Source: Sphagnum compactum (Eukaryota). Taken from it: a stretch of 64,000 nucleotides of DNA. Made by a program: the position numbers and the translations under genes. This document shows, piece by piece, positions 36,190-49,005 of the stretch (position 1 is the first letter of the stretch; each line of letters opens with the position of its first letter). The stretch spans positions 28,076,213-28,140,212 of the forward strand of contig OZ234493.1 in the NCBI GenBank assembly GCA_965153455.1, in the 5' to 3' direction. The notes under the pieces were generated by a model. That model was not told the DNA's origin. It made no database searches and was given only the letters and a program-made list of their open reading frames with translations.

Positions 36190-38220
36190 AAGATGTCAAG
36201 AGTAGTCACAAGAGGCCTTAGAAGGTAATTGGAATTAGAAGCGCCACAACAACTTATTCGTGAGGCAATTCAATCACAAAAACAAACACATTCTCAAGCC
36301 GAGGGAGTACAACTGGTTGAAGCTCCTAGCAATGAACCTTGACAACCTATTACAGTATAAATACCTTTTCATCAAATACCTTTAGAGCAAGAAGAAAGAA
36401 GGGTACAACAAGTACTTTCAACTGGTCAATTTTTAACACCCTATCAATCGTCCCAACAATAGAGGTCGAATGCACATTCGAGTTAACAAAATATCGAACA
36501 TGTTCGACATCTGATGAAATAACCTTTGCAAAATACATATGGCAATCTGCAATACCCTATTACTATATTCTTAAAAGAACTAAACCTTCTCAATCAACAC
36601 CGATTGTTGGGTACTATACATCTGAACCGATTCTTGTTTTGAATCCAACTGTAGCCGATTCAGAATTGGAGCATAATCAAATTTTAACCCAATTGGAACA
36701 ACTATGCAATTTGGAGTGAAGACATTCACATTGATCAAGTTTTCAACAGGTAAAACCGGTGGAAGCAATAATGGCCCATGTTGTTATTCAACAAACACAA
36801 CCATTCATCAACTTGTTTGGCCAAATGTACCTGTCATGAAAATCGTTGAACAACCATTGGTTCAACAAAGTATATTGGTTACAGCCACCCAACCTATTGT
36901 TAAAGTTGCATTAACTTGTGCATATTGTTGATAGGTTGGACATGAATTCAAGAATTGTCCTTTTGTGGATGATAAATTGAAGAGATTAATGAAGAAGAAC
37001 TTCAAACTTCTTTGCAGCCTATGGTATTGAGCACACCAACAACCCATGTTGGTGTACATGTACATCAAGTTTTGATACAATTAAGTTTGGTTACCAATCC
37101 AATACCGGTTAATCAACATGTAGGTTGGCCATAACCTGTCACACCATTGGTAGTAGGGCAACCTAGAACAATACCATACCCAATGTGGTACAATATAGTA
37201 CCATCTTTTGTACCTATGGATCCTAACATGTATTCAATGTACTATTCATGAATCAAAGGACTTGATCCATTGATTTATAGAACGGGGAAAGGGTATGCAA
37301 TCGGTGTTACTCAACCAAAACAAGTGCCACCTATTGAATAATTGGTGCAAAACCAATTTCCTGTCAGAATTCCCACTTCAAGATTATAACAACTGGTTCC
37401 TGTCACAAGAGGTGTGCTTGTTCCATAAGTGACAACAACTGTTTTACTTGTCAATATACATGTTACCACTAGGTTACTAATATATGGTAATGGTGTTCCT
37501 ATTCAAGAGCCCAAACAGGTTAATTCATATCCATAGCTTGGAGGTTCGCCCAATGGAGGATCATCCTGAAGGGGGTTCACATAGAGGCCCGCCATCAAAT
37601 CCACCTATTGGATTGTATGGATGGCAGGCATGTGACCCAAGGATATTTATGCCACCATGGTACCAACCGATTCCAGTTCCATCTGAACAAACTAGTTACC
37701 ATACTGAAAGCTCCAATATCTTATATATGTGAAGGATACTGATCCTAATGCTCACATTAGAGTTTTCAAGAAAGCAATCAAAGCCAATGGTGAGATTATG
37801 GAAGTAGACATCATCAACTTATTTGTTTCAATTTATGAAATAACATCTCAAAATGGGGTGAGAACTTGTGTACAAGATCATCTTAATGCACCTTTGATGA
37901 GCTTGAACAAACATTCTACAAGCGTTTTCAGACCATGAAATATGACGAAGAAGTCTACATGTAGTTAAGGAATCTTCAACAACAAGTTGGCGAATAGGTA
38001 GAAGTTTATTACGAACATTTGTTAAAATTGGCTAATTGTTTACAAGTGAAAGCTATTGATGTTTTCCTTACTACCACATTTAGAATAGGTCTACAACCAT
38101 ACCTTAGATTGGCAACAATAGGTATGACAAGAGATACCCTGATTAATCATAAAGAAGCTGCAGTAATTTGTGAGGAAAGTGGACCGGTTATAACAAACTA
38201 TAACGTTTTGATAACTCAAG
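36190..38220 (+). pseudogene. Decayed retrotransposon gag-like remnant
   Basis: Knuckle relic TCAYC**VGHEFKNCPF (~36915-36965), KDTDPNAHIRVFKKAIKANGE...IINLF, and NLQQQVGE*VEVYYEHLLKLANCL...FRIGLQPYLR (gag major-homology-like pattern). No LTRs were identified. Confidence 0.65.
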
Positions 38221-38629
38221 GTGTATGCACTCTAAGGTGGCTCATTTTCGGCGGATGTTCCATTCCCTAAAAGTCCATACGGTAATGTTAAAATGATAAT
38301 CTATTTTGATATCAGTAATTTGATGAGGAATTACATGGCTTTCAATGACATGGTATGGACTGATGTTTCAAGCATATAGCTAATACTTCAATTTTAACCT
38401 CCCTAATTTTATAGTGTTTAAAATTAATCATATTTATCAATTTTCATAACCTTATCATAAGTTTTGTTTAAATGAATTTTATTCCGAAGGTGATGGATGG
38501 ATATTATCAAATGGATTCAAGCTAACAATATTTTTTAAAAGCTTGAATCCTTTTGAAAAAATTGTTTGCATCCAACAAAGTTTTAAATGTTGAATCATCG
38601 AAGGAATTAATTCATGAATACATTAGAAT

Positions 38630-39060
38630 AACAAATAGACATTATTACAATGATACATTCACACACTAAATGATTAACACCTTAATACATAAACACATTG
38701 GCACATTGACACACTAATACATATACAATCATACAATCATGCATTCATATAATAATAGAGTCATAGACAAACACACCTCTATCTCCACTAACACATAAAG
38801 ATAATGACACATCAATACAATTATACATTACTACAATAATACATTCATATATTAACTTAGTGATAAACAAACACCCTATTGCATTGACAAACTAATTTAC
38901 TCACACATTAATACAACAATACACTGATACATTCATATGTAAACCTAAACTAATACATTGACACACATTCATTAACATAGTGATAAACAAACACTATTAC
39001 ATTTACACACTGATACATTGAAAAATTGATTCACAATTACAAACTTTGATGAAAATGAAA
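38630..39060. repeat. Degenerate short-unit (ACATTGA/ATACAC-like) array
   Basis: Dense recurrences of acattgac, atacatt and acacta. Confidence 0.7.
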
Positions 39061-39257
39061 CACCATTCTTCATAACATTACAATAGAATGGACAAATAAT
39101 TCACAAAAATCACATATACATGCACTACCACCCAACCATGAGTACCAAATGGGGTCTAATACAAGTCTTCAGTTCATAAAAATCCAAAAAGTTGTCTAAT
39201 CTATCCTATATCCCCATTTGGGTTCCCCCCATGCACAAAAGTCAGCCTCCCTACTAC

Positions 39258-41400
39258 TTACTTTTGATACACCCAATCCTCGTGCCATTTGAAGGCCACT
39301 TCACCTACATTCTGAGGGCCTTGTGAATCATGCACACCTATAGTCACATCCAACAAAATACAATCATTATTAGGGCTTGAATGTGTAGCAACCAATGGTC
39401 TATATGGTGGCAAAAAGCCACGATTTGTGTCCTTAACTTTAAGCTCTTCCACAAGGTTCATGATGGTTTGCTTTTGATATTCTGGAGGATCAGATGGTGC
39501 ATTCCAAGACTCGCTCAAGATTTGCACCAACACATAAGGTGATACAATGATATCCAATAATATGATAAATTACATATCCAATAATACAATGTTACATTTT
39601 TTTCCGAAACACATTACATTGACTATTATATATTGACATTCTAATACTATGTTTTGAATGTGTTCCAAAGATAACATTGTTGTTGAAAACCAACCTTGGG
39701 TTCTTTAATTGTTTGATTCTTCAAACTTGCCCTCTAAGTCAAGTATTGGCAAAGGTTATGTGAAGTACCATATCCATAATCCCAACCTAACTTGTGTAAA
39801 AATGGGGACATTCAACACTAGCTTTTCAACAAGTTCATTAAATGTAGGATCACTACGTTGGACACCTTGTAACAAGGCCCCATAGATCTGCTGAATAAAA
39901 ATGTCACGTGTTGAATAATCATGTACCCCAATCTTGGAGTCAAAATGAAAGGTGTGGGAAGGCTCTAACATAAACAAGTTTTCAAATGTGCCTCACCATG
40001 ATAAGGTATTACCACAATGATGTCATATTTAGTTTCACCTTCACCCAATGATAGGTGAGACTTGGCCCATCCCATGATGGCATCCAACTTTATAACTCTA
40101 GTATCACCCCCTATACCAAAACATAATTTCTTCAAAGATGGGGTGATCAAATCATTTGCCACAAATATTATTTTTCGAATGTCTAGAGGGCTATTGAAAT
40201 AACGGCTAAAATTTAAGAAATCCATCATGGAATCCCCCAACTAAGCTTGAAGGTTCCAAAATTTGGCAAAATTTGAATTTGCAATGTTCAACTCAAATGT
40301 GGTTGTCCTCCAAAAAAAACAACATTGGGATTTGTTGCCCTAGTCTTCGAAAAACATCTGAAGCATAAAATATCAATGTAAGACCATTGTTGATACATTA
40401 GTACACATGATGAAGGTCAAAATGCACATGAAAAAAAATATTGAATGTGTTTTGAGGGAACAAATTGCACTTGATGGACTGAATCGTTTATGGTACTCTT
40501 CATTTTCCAAGGAAAATAAAGTTAATAATAACTAAAGATGACACATTCACATGCCTCATAAATACTATCTAATACATTAACTCATTCAACATATCATTTG
40601 ATACACTAAGGCTAAAACATTAAGAAGACAATATGATTGAAAAATAAATTATGCCTATGGGAAATGGCAAAGGTCAATAAGTCATTGGCATCAAATTCCT
40701 TTGTTAAGTTTTGTGATTGTAAGTCACTTAAAGGTGTCTGATCTTGGCCCAACTACGTACCACTTTTTTGCTATTTAGAAATTAGCGGGTTTGACCCTGT
40801 GTGAACAACCATAGTATTGTCATCCAAAGGCATTGGAGTCTGAAGCCCAAACACCTTCTCAAATGCATTATGTTTTTTTTTCTTGTCTTCAATATCCACC
40901 CTAGATTGCATTTATTCAATAGCTCCAAGGATGTTATTATGCAACATTTCAACATCTGGATAATGGTTGGGTGACTTGTAAAATCACAAACCATTATTAA
41001 TATTTTTGAAGACCATAGATGTAATGTATCAAACAATTTTCTTTACATATGCACATTGGAAAAGACTCACCAATAACTAAAGGGACCCATTAGATGTCCA
41101 ACATTTCATGACGATGTAAGAATTGATAAAATGCATTATCCTCGTGTTCCTCCCATCTATCATTGGCTTGAGTTTGCCACAAACCATAGAAAAGATTTGG
41201 ATCGAACAAAGCCACATCCTCCAAAGCATGCATTTGACAGGTTAGTAACCAATTGTAAATCTCATTATTTATGTCCTCTCCCTTCCCATTCGCAACATCA
41301 GATAAATGTCATTGTAGGTGATGGATATCTTGATCGGTAATGGATTGCCCAAAAACATATCAACCTTCCCTTTGGAAGGCATCCAAAGTAAATTTTAACC
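39258..41400 (-). pseudogene. Second decayed Ulp1/C48 protease-like gene remnant
   Basis: Motifs in Ulp1 order (39770-40260): EPSS*LGDSMMDFL, DIIVVIPYHGEAH, FHFDSK, and PIFTQV followed by a frameshift to WDYGY. It is flanked by short-unit arrays. Confidence 0.45.
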
Positions 41401-41419
41401 ACCTTGGACAAACAATTTT

Positions 41420-42020
41420 AATACATCAATGCATCGCCACACTAACATATTACAACATTAATCCATTATAACACTACAACATTCACACAATGCAACACTA
41501 AAACATTGACACACTATAACATTAAAATATTGACATAGTAAAACATTGCTACATTGAAACATTAACTACTTGCTACATTAATACACTGACAATTTGATAC
41601 ACTGAAATATTGACACATTGAAACAATAACTACCTAATACATGAAAACATTAACATAATAAAACATTGCTACATTGAAATATTAACTACTTGACACACTA
41701 ATACATTGACATTTTGATACATTGAAACATTGACACAATGATACACTTAAACATTGACACATTGAAACAATAACTACTTGATACATGGAAACATTAACAT
41801 AGTAAAACATTGTTAGATTGAAACATTAACTACCAGACACATTGATACGTTGAAACATTGAAATAATAATTACGTGATACATGGAAACATTAACACATTA
41901 AAACATTAACTACCTGATACATTTAAACATTAACTAGTTGATACACTGAAACATTGATAACACTAAATACCTAATACACTGATACATTGAAACATTGACA
42001 TAATGATACACTCATAGTAA
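41420..42020. repeat. Minisatellite-like array of ~8/16-bp units (ACATTGAA/ACATTGAC/ACATTAAC) with higher-order repeats
   Basis: Repeated aaacattgacacattgaaacaataactac-type blocks. Confidence 0.85.
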
Positions 42021-43853
42021 AAAGTGTAAGATTTAGTTACTTGCATGGGATGGAGACTGTAATCATTTCTGAATATTCTCCTCCTTCAAACCATGAAGGG
42101 ACATATAAGGAGACTTCTTCCCCTCCCACAACAATAAAATATATAGAACTTTAATAGTTGCATAAACATGGGTGGTGGGATCTTTGGAGTTTGAAGCCCA
42201 ACTAGTAATTGTTGTACAATTTGTGCCTTTGCAACTGCACAAGCAAGATAACATGGTTAGTATTAGAGGATGGAATTGATATGTACCAAACTTATGCAAA
42301 CATGACTAATGTAATTACAATCATGGCACCAAGGGAAGTTCATCCATGCAAAACAGAATGACTTCACCTGAAATTGAAAGTAAATCTATATTGCAATGGC
42401 ATCAAGATGGGAAGCCTCACCAAAGTGGTTACTTTGGTTGGGAATAATAGAAAGGCTGGAGTATCCCATCTTTGCTAATATTCTTCACCAAAGGCTTTCT
42501 ACTTGGGGTCCCTGGTGCTATGTCGTGTGGATGGGAAGTGCCAATGCCTATTTCCTGCCAGAAAGTTGTTGCTTTCATCCCCATTCACCATTAATAAAGT
42601 AACTTGTTGAGTCATTGCGAACAAGTCTGAGAATTTTTGTGTAAGGTAAAGCAGAAGGGTGAGGGCATTACTGAAATAAGGGCCCACACAAGGTGGCAGC
42701 TGCCCAATTTCTGTGATACCCAGCAGGAAACTAAATAAAAAACAACCTCAGGCTTTATGAAAATGAAATGCCCACGGGAGTGAAACTTTCCATGTTTTAA
42801 AAGCCCAACAGGATTTTACACTTTACAAGGCACTGTCTAGATGCACTAGAGAAATCAGAGGAGTTCTTTACATACCAAACCCATATTCCCCACCAGAAGT
42901 GAGAAAGACTTAAATAGTACTCAAATTTTGCTTTGACATCATCTATTGTCTGTATTAAACCACCAGACATTGAACACTATGGTGATCCAACCCATGGTGG
43001 TGCCTATGTCATATTTGAGTGGAATGGAGGCAAAACTCAATGTTTGATTTGCACAAATGAGCCAAGTTTTCGGGAATGTCCTCACATTTGCTGAAATAAA
43101 GCTCACACAGAATACCATGCCCATTTTTCTTCAATAACATGGTTTTGCAAGAAACCCATTTTGGGTATTGGAAGACCATTTCCACCTCTTGAAAATCAAT
43201 AGTTAAATTCACTTCTTGTGTTTAACATTCTATGGTATCAAACCTTGCTATTGGTGCACATTGGCACAAAAGTAGTATTGACTATCTCATTGCAACTCAG
43301 TTGACCATAAACTCAATTGAAATTCCATTTTTGGGATTCAACTGCACAATGGCCACAGTTTTGTTCTGGCTGCCAGGAGATCTAAGCATCCTGTGTTCTG
43401 CTACAGGTCATTTTGTGAGGGGTCACGTGGAGTGACATTACGACAAACAATATGTCTTGCAGCAATCCAAACCTGAACCAGTTTGTCTGAGCTTGTGATT
43501 AAGTTTGTGCACAAACTCGACTCAAAAAAAATTGCAGCAGAAAGAGTGTGGGTAAGTGAACACCAAAGTCAAGGAGAGACAGTAGTTCACATTGTCAAGA
43601 CCACAGTCCTAAAACATTAGATAAAAGGGCTTGTCACACTGCATAAGGATCATACTGTTTTGGTTCTAGACTGCTTGGACATGCTGCTGTTCTACTCAGC
43701 ATACCTATTAGAAGCTCAATACATTCTGCAAAAATACAGGGAATTCTTCTCCCCCTGACAATAGAATACCAATGAATTAGGAATCCAGAAGAACCTCAAG
43801 ATATCTCCCATAACAGAAAAAGAGTAGATGCAAAGATAGCAGGAGACGGTTAT

Positions 43854-45752
43854 TCAATCCCTACCCCACTTGCTGATCACATTACTTTCAGCCCGACCAG
43901 GCCCATCTGGGGCAACTGGGCTGCTGTGGCGCGGTATACTTTGTGGCACAGAATATGATGATGAGCGCTTAAATCCCCTCAGCACATACAGAATAGAGTT
44001 CACTGCGAATGCCAGTATGCTCTTTCCCTTTGTAAGTACCAAGTACTGGCCACCACCCACACACACATCAAACAGATCTGAATTAGCAGAAACCCTATTA
44101 CCGCTGCACAGCCCATGCCACTGGTCCCACAACCAACTAACTACCCTAAGATACTTCATTCTACAGAGAAGGAAGCCATTCCTATTTCCCGCCTCACATC
44201 TACCATTAGAGATTTCAACACATAGAATGCAAACACAGTCATTTTGTGATGGTCTAATGAAACAAAGGGCACCCACATAAGCAAGCAGACTGGGAGTGAG
44301 TGGAAGGGCCACTCACAAGAGCTGCTAGGCCAGTGAAGGCATAAAAGATTTGTTTTGCTTCTTCCCATGAGCTTTCGCTGCTCCCTGGTTCATTCCCTCC
44401 ACCACCACCTCCACTCCCCCACCCTCTTCCTCTACCACCACCACCACCCCCACCACCTGCCTCCCTCTTCTTTATCTCTTCATCCCACTTGCTAAATGCA
44501 TCTTTCTTTTCTCCCAATGCTGCCTCAAGTGCCTTCCGTGCAGCATCCTGCATGGCTTTCTCACAGTAACCAGTTTTCAAAACTTTAGGGCATGTCCTCC
44601 CTCTCTCTTCATTTTGCAGCAACTCACCAAAATCTTCATTCAACTCATTTAGACTAAGTCACAAAAAGAAGAAAAGTTTCATCAGAAGCTACTTTGAAAC
44701 AATATATGCTATGAGTGAAGCAGATGTAAACAAACTCCTGCATGCACATTATAACATGATGGATTTTTCACATCACTGCATCCAGCATCCTGGTAATTCT
44801 TCATTTTACCACCAAACTCCCTTGGCTAAAAGCCAGCACCATTTGTGCAAGTTTTCCAAAGTCAGTGAACAAACTTGAACAAGTCTCAACAGTGGGAACA
44901 AAAACCAAATGCAATAAGTCTTGCAAAGGAGGCTCAGAAACAGTGTCACTGAATTAACAGACAACCCACCTGGACCAATCAAACTATCTAGCCAATCAAC
45001 AAGAGGTGTTAGGCTTTGCTGTGCCTTCTACCAGCCTCTGCATCCTGTGCAAAAGTGTTGGGCCAAAACCACTTTGCTGAGCCAAACTGGCATGTTCTGT
45101 CTTTTCTTCATCCAATTTGTTTTTGCAGGGTCACGTACTGAGCACCAGCGGAGCTACTCTTAGTCCATTTTAGAGTTGACAGCTTCAACTACATGGCGAA
45201 AAACTTCAAAACCCTCTACCTCACAGAATGACCATAATGAGGGTTGAGGACTTGACGAAAAGCAAGAGCTTATACCCTGTATCGTGCAATCCCAAGTGGA
45301 AAGAATAGATATATTCTCCAAATGTAAAAAATATCTACAGATCTCCGCAATATGTGAGATAAGAGAGGAATATGATACTTGTGTTGCTTTGGAAACTTAT
45401 GTGCACGTTCGATGAAGGGAACTTATACTCATAAGTGCTGAAGACTCTCAACAATAAACAAACGTGAATTGCAATACCAAAGCCGGAACCTCAGCACCCA
45501 TACCCGCTTGTTGTTGTCCCCAAGGCAGGTGAACCTGGATCGTGAAACGCACGCTCTTTTGCATCTATTCCATCCTTCCTCCACCGTGACTCGTGTGCCG
45601 GAACTGGCCACTTTCAAAGCGGGAGGAGGAGTCGCTATCGACGCTACGGGGACCACAACCTCGGCGCTGTAGGGTTTGCGAAACGGCGGTGCAAAGGACC
45701 ACACCGCCCCTGACGGCGACGCCAGCAAGCATGGCGGGCCTAGCTGCGACAT
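43854..45752 (-). CDS. Conserved uncharacterised Gly-rich plant protein with a hydrophobic segment; 3 exons (45752-45504, 44547-44317, 44045-43854), ~223 aa
   Basis: Phase-0 GT-AG introns join MSQLGPP...GDNNKR / DAARKALEAALGEKKDAFSKWDEEIKKREAGGGG...WEEAKQIFYAFTGLAAL / YLVLTKGKSILAFAVNSILYVLRG...VISKWGRD*. From memory this resembles the Arabidopsis At5g20130-like family (not verified). Confidence 0.85.
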
Positions 45753-46819
45753 GAACAGGCAAACAAATCGATAGGCCACCAAACCGGGCGCTTCGAAATG
45801 GCGACAGAAGTTAGAGCGGAAGACGATGTCAGAGACGTTGGACGCTGGAAGAGGCAGATGCTGCGTGACAATTGCGTTGTTGTTGTGCACCCTCGTCACG
45901 ACCACCTGTACGAGTCACGATAAGCCGTATCTAACTGCCAGCGGAGGGTTAAAACTTAACGTTCTGTGAGGGGACTAACCCATGGAGACGGTCTGGGACA
46001 AGATTACTTGGTAGAAGGTTGAATCCGAATTCTGAGAGTTGGGTGGAAGGGATTCTTTCTACAGCAGTGTGTATGGAGAATGATATGGAATACCCCGACA
46101 GAATTTATCGTCTAGGTCGTAAAAACCTTGAGGAAATTTTCTGGTGTGTTTGGAGGTAACCTAACAGAGTGGAGTTTTCCATCCACAAGGGGCTAGCCTT
46201 TTAAAACGCCTACCCTTTTCTCCTTCTTGTCTTGTGATACTTGTCAGGTATCATGGGGAAAAAAAAATTTAGCTACAACGTGCTACCCTACATTTTATTC
46301 TGGCCACCTCCACCCTTCAAAAAACAAATTGGTATGGCAAGTTAAGAGAATCCCAAGACCATATTTAACTTAGAATGTAATTTCAATGACAACTCTAGGG
46401 AAATCCAACCAAAGGGAATGTCTATGCACGAGAAGCACTTTTTTCACTGTAATATTGTCCCCTAGCCAACCATAGTGATTAGCGGCTTCAGATGTGCCGT
46501 CTACTCCAAGCTCCTCGCACTTGTCCAAGTCTGGGGCAAGCTCCTAATCTAACCTAGCTACACATGCCCAACCATAGGCACACGGTAGTTCACTATCACT
46601 CAACTCACATCCAGGACAAGACATTCATCTAGCATTAGACTAATCTATTACTAGATCACAATGGACTTCCATTCATGTCCACAACCTTGTTTGCCTAGAG
46701 TCCCCATGACCTCGTCACATAGCCAAACTGCAAGAGGACTCCCATGTCGGCAAACACTAAATAGTAGCTACAAGTTAAATGTGGCACCAAGCTTGACATG
46801 ATTATAGTACAATATAATA

Positions 46820-49005
46820 CAATGCCCATCAAGAAAAATAAAATCAGATTTTTTTTATTGTTCCTGCACAAGGATTAATGGTTAAAATTTTATTTTTCTT
46901 ACATTGTTTTCAAAGGTAAAAACCTAATTTAGTGGTTAGAATCCCCCTTATAGCCTAAAGGTCATGGGTTCGAACCTTTTCTTAAATTATTTTTTTCATT
47001 CACGAACGAAATGGATGAAAATAAATTGTCTTTTGACAATTTTCTTAAGTTAGTTGCCCAAGAACATTTTTTTCAAAAAGAACCATGTTTATGAAGGAGC
47101 AAGGGTTTAAACTGACCCAGGAACAATTATGTTCCCGAGGAAAAAATCAATTTAAATTGCTCCTTGGGGAACAATTATGTACTTGAAGGAGCAAGGCTTA
47201 AGTTGCCCTAAGGAATGACCATGTTTTGAGGGAAAATAAAATATTTTTCCCTTGGGACATGATTGTTCCCCTAGGAAAAAAAGGCTTATGTTATTCCTCG
47301 AAACAATTCAAACTCCTTCTCCTTGCGGATCATTGTTCCCCAAAAAAAAGGTTTAAGTTGCTTCCTAAGGTAACTTAAGCTCCTCCTCGGGGACATGATT
47401 TTTCTCCAAAGAAAAAAAGGATGTTCCCTATGGCAACTTAAATTTTTTTCCCTAGGGACATGATTTTTCCCCATGGAAAAAAAAAGTTTAAGTTGTTCCC
47501 CATGGCAACTTAAACTCCTTCTCCCCGGGGACATGATTGTTCCCCGGGGAAGAGTGCAACTTCCTTGGGGAACAATGAATTTTCCTTAAGGAAAAGCCCA
47601 AATTCCTCAAAGAAACACATGTTCTGAATCTTTTTGCAATTATAATCATCTAATGTCCGTTTTTATGTAGGCAACCTATCATTGGAAAGATTTCAAAGAT
47701 AGCTACAACTTTGTAAATGAAATCATTTTAATCAGAACTCATATGCAAAAGTTATGATCACACAAATTTTCGGACAGATTTATTCCTTGGAGAACATGGT
47801 TGCTCACTAAGGAAACATAGTTTAAATTGATCCCCTAGGCACATGGTTGGCCTTGGGGAGAAATGGGCTTAAGTTGCCCTAGGAAGCAACCACATCCCCA
47901 AGGAAAAAAGGTCCTAAGTTGCCCTAGGGAGCAACCATGTTCCCCCGAGGAGCAAATGTGTCTAAAACTTTGTGTGATCACAACTTTTGCATATAAGTTC
48001 TGATTGAAGTGCTTCCAACTACAAAGTTATAACTCTTTTTGAGACCTTTCCAATGGTAGGTCGCAAAAAATGAACATCAAATGACTATGATTGTAAAATG
48101 ATTCGAAACATATGTTTCCCCAAGGTACCTGAACGTTTCCCCAGGGAAAGTACATTGTTCCCCCCAGAAATTGTCTTTTTCCCCAGGGAACAATCATGTC
48201 CCTGGGGAGAAAGAATTTAAGTTGCCCCAAATAGCAACTTAAACCTTTTTTTCCATAGGGAAATTTCATGTGCCTAAAAAGAAGGAGTTTAAGTTGCCTC
48301 GAGGAGCAACCATGTGCTTGGGGGGAGCAACCATGCGCTTGGGGGGAGTAAGGGCTTAAATTGCTTGGGGGAGTAATCATGTTCCCTGAGGAACAAATGT
48401 GTTTCAAATTTTGTTTGATTGTAACTTTTTCATATGAATTTTAATTGAAATGTTTCCAACTACAAAGTTGTAACTCTCATCGAGGCCTTTTCCATGATAG
48501 GTTGCATGACTATATAAAAACAAACATGAAATGGTTGTGATTGCAAAAATATTTGAAACATATGTTTTTCCAAGGAACTTTGGCCTTTCCCTTGGGAAAA
48601 CATATTGTTCCTGGGGAAGGTGCCTTTCTTAAGGAATTTAGGTCCTTCCCAAAGGAAAATTCATTATTCCTTGAGGAAGTTTCCTTTTTCACTAGGGAAC
48701 ACTTTTTACTCCATGGGGAACTTGTTTGGGACTGGCATTTAAACTTATTTTCCCTGGGAAAATTACTTCCTATTGGCAAAAAAATTTTAATTTAAATATT
48801 TATGGATTTTTTCATCCATTTCATTTGTTGGGAAAAAAAATTGGGAAAAGGATTAAACCTTAGATTTTTGAGTTGAAAGGAAGATTCCAACCACTGCATC
48901 ACATGTTTTTTCTTTGAAACTATTGGGTAAAAAAAATACTTACAACATTAATCATTATGCGGGTACAATAAAAAAAAATCTAGATTTTTTTCATGTTGGA
49001 CATTG
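46820..49005. mobile_element. Non-autonomous foldback DNA transposon (Tc1/mariner-type ends), TA TSD, ~210-bp diverged TIRs
   Basis: Ends TA|CAATGCCC... and ...GGACATTG|TA. The reverse complement of 48790-49005 aligns with 46820-47030. The interior has repeated TTAAGTTGCCC/CATGATTGTTCCCC units and inverted ~140-bp blocks. Confidence 0.8.

Noticed and set aside
41420-42020. CRISPR-like array (also considered for 11490-11577 and 63878-64000)
   Set aside because: These are degenerate tandem units or only two copies, with no series of unique spacers and no cas genes, in a eukaryotic context.
42050-43450. Additional gene between the repeat array and the Gly-rich gene
   Set aside because: Only short stop-ridden frames with no recognisable motif or consistent exon chain were found.
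46925-46985. Functional tRNA gene
   Set aside because: The boxes are present but I could not form acceptor or anticodon stems. It lies inside a TIR.
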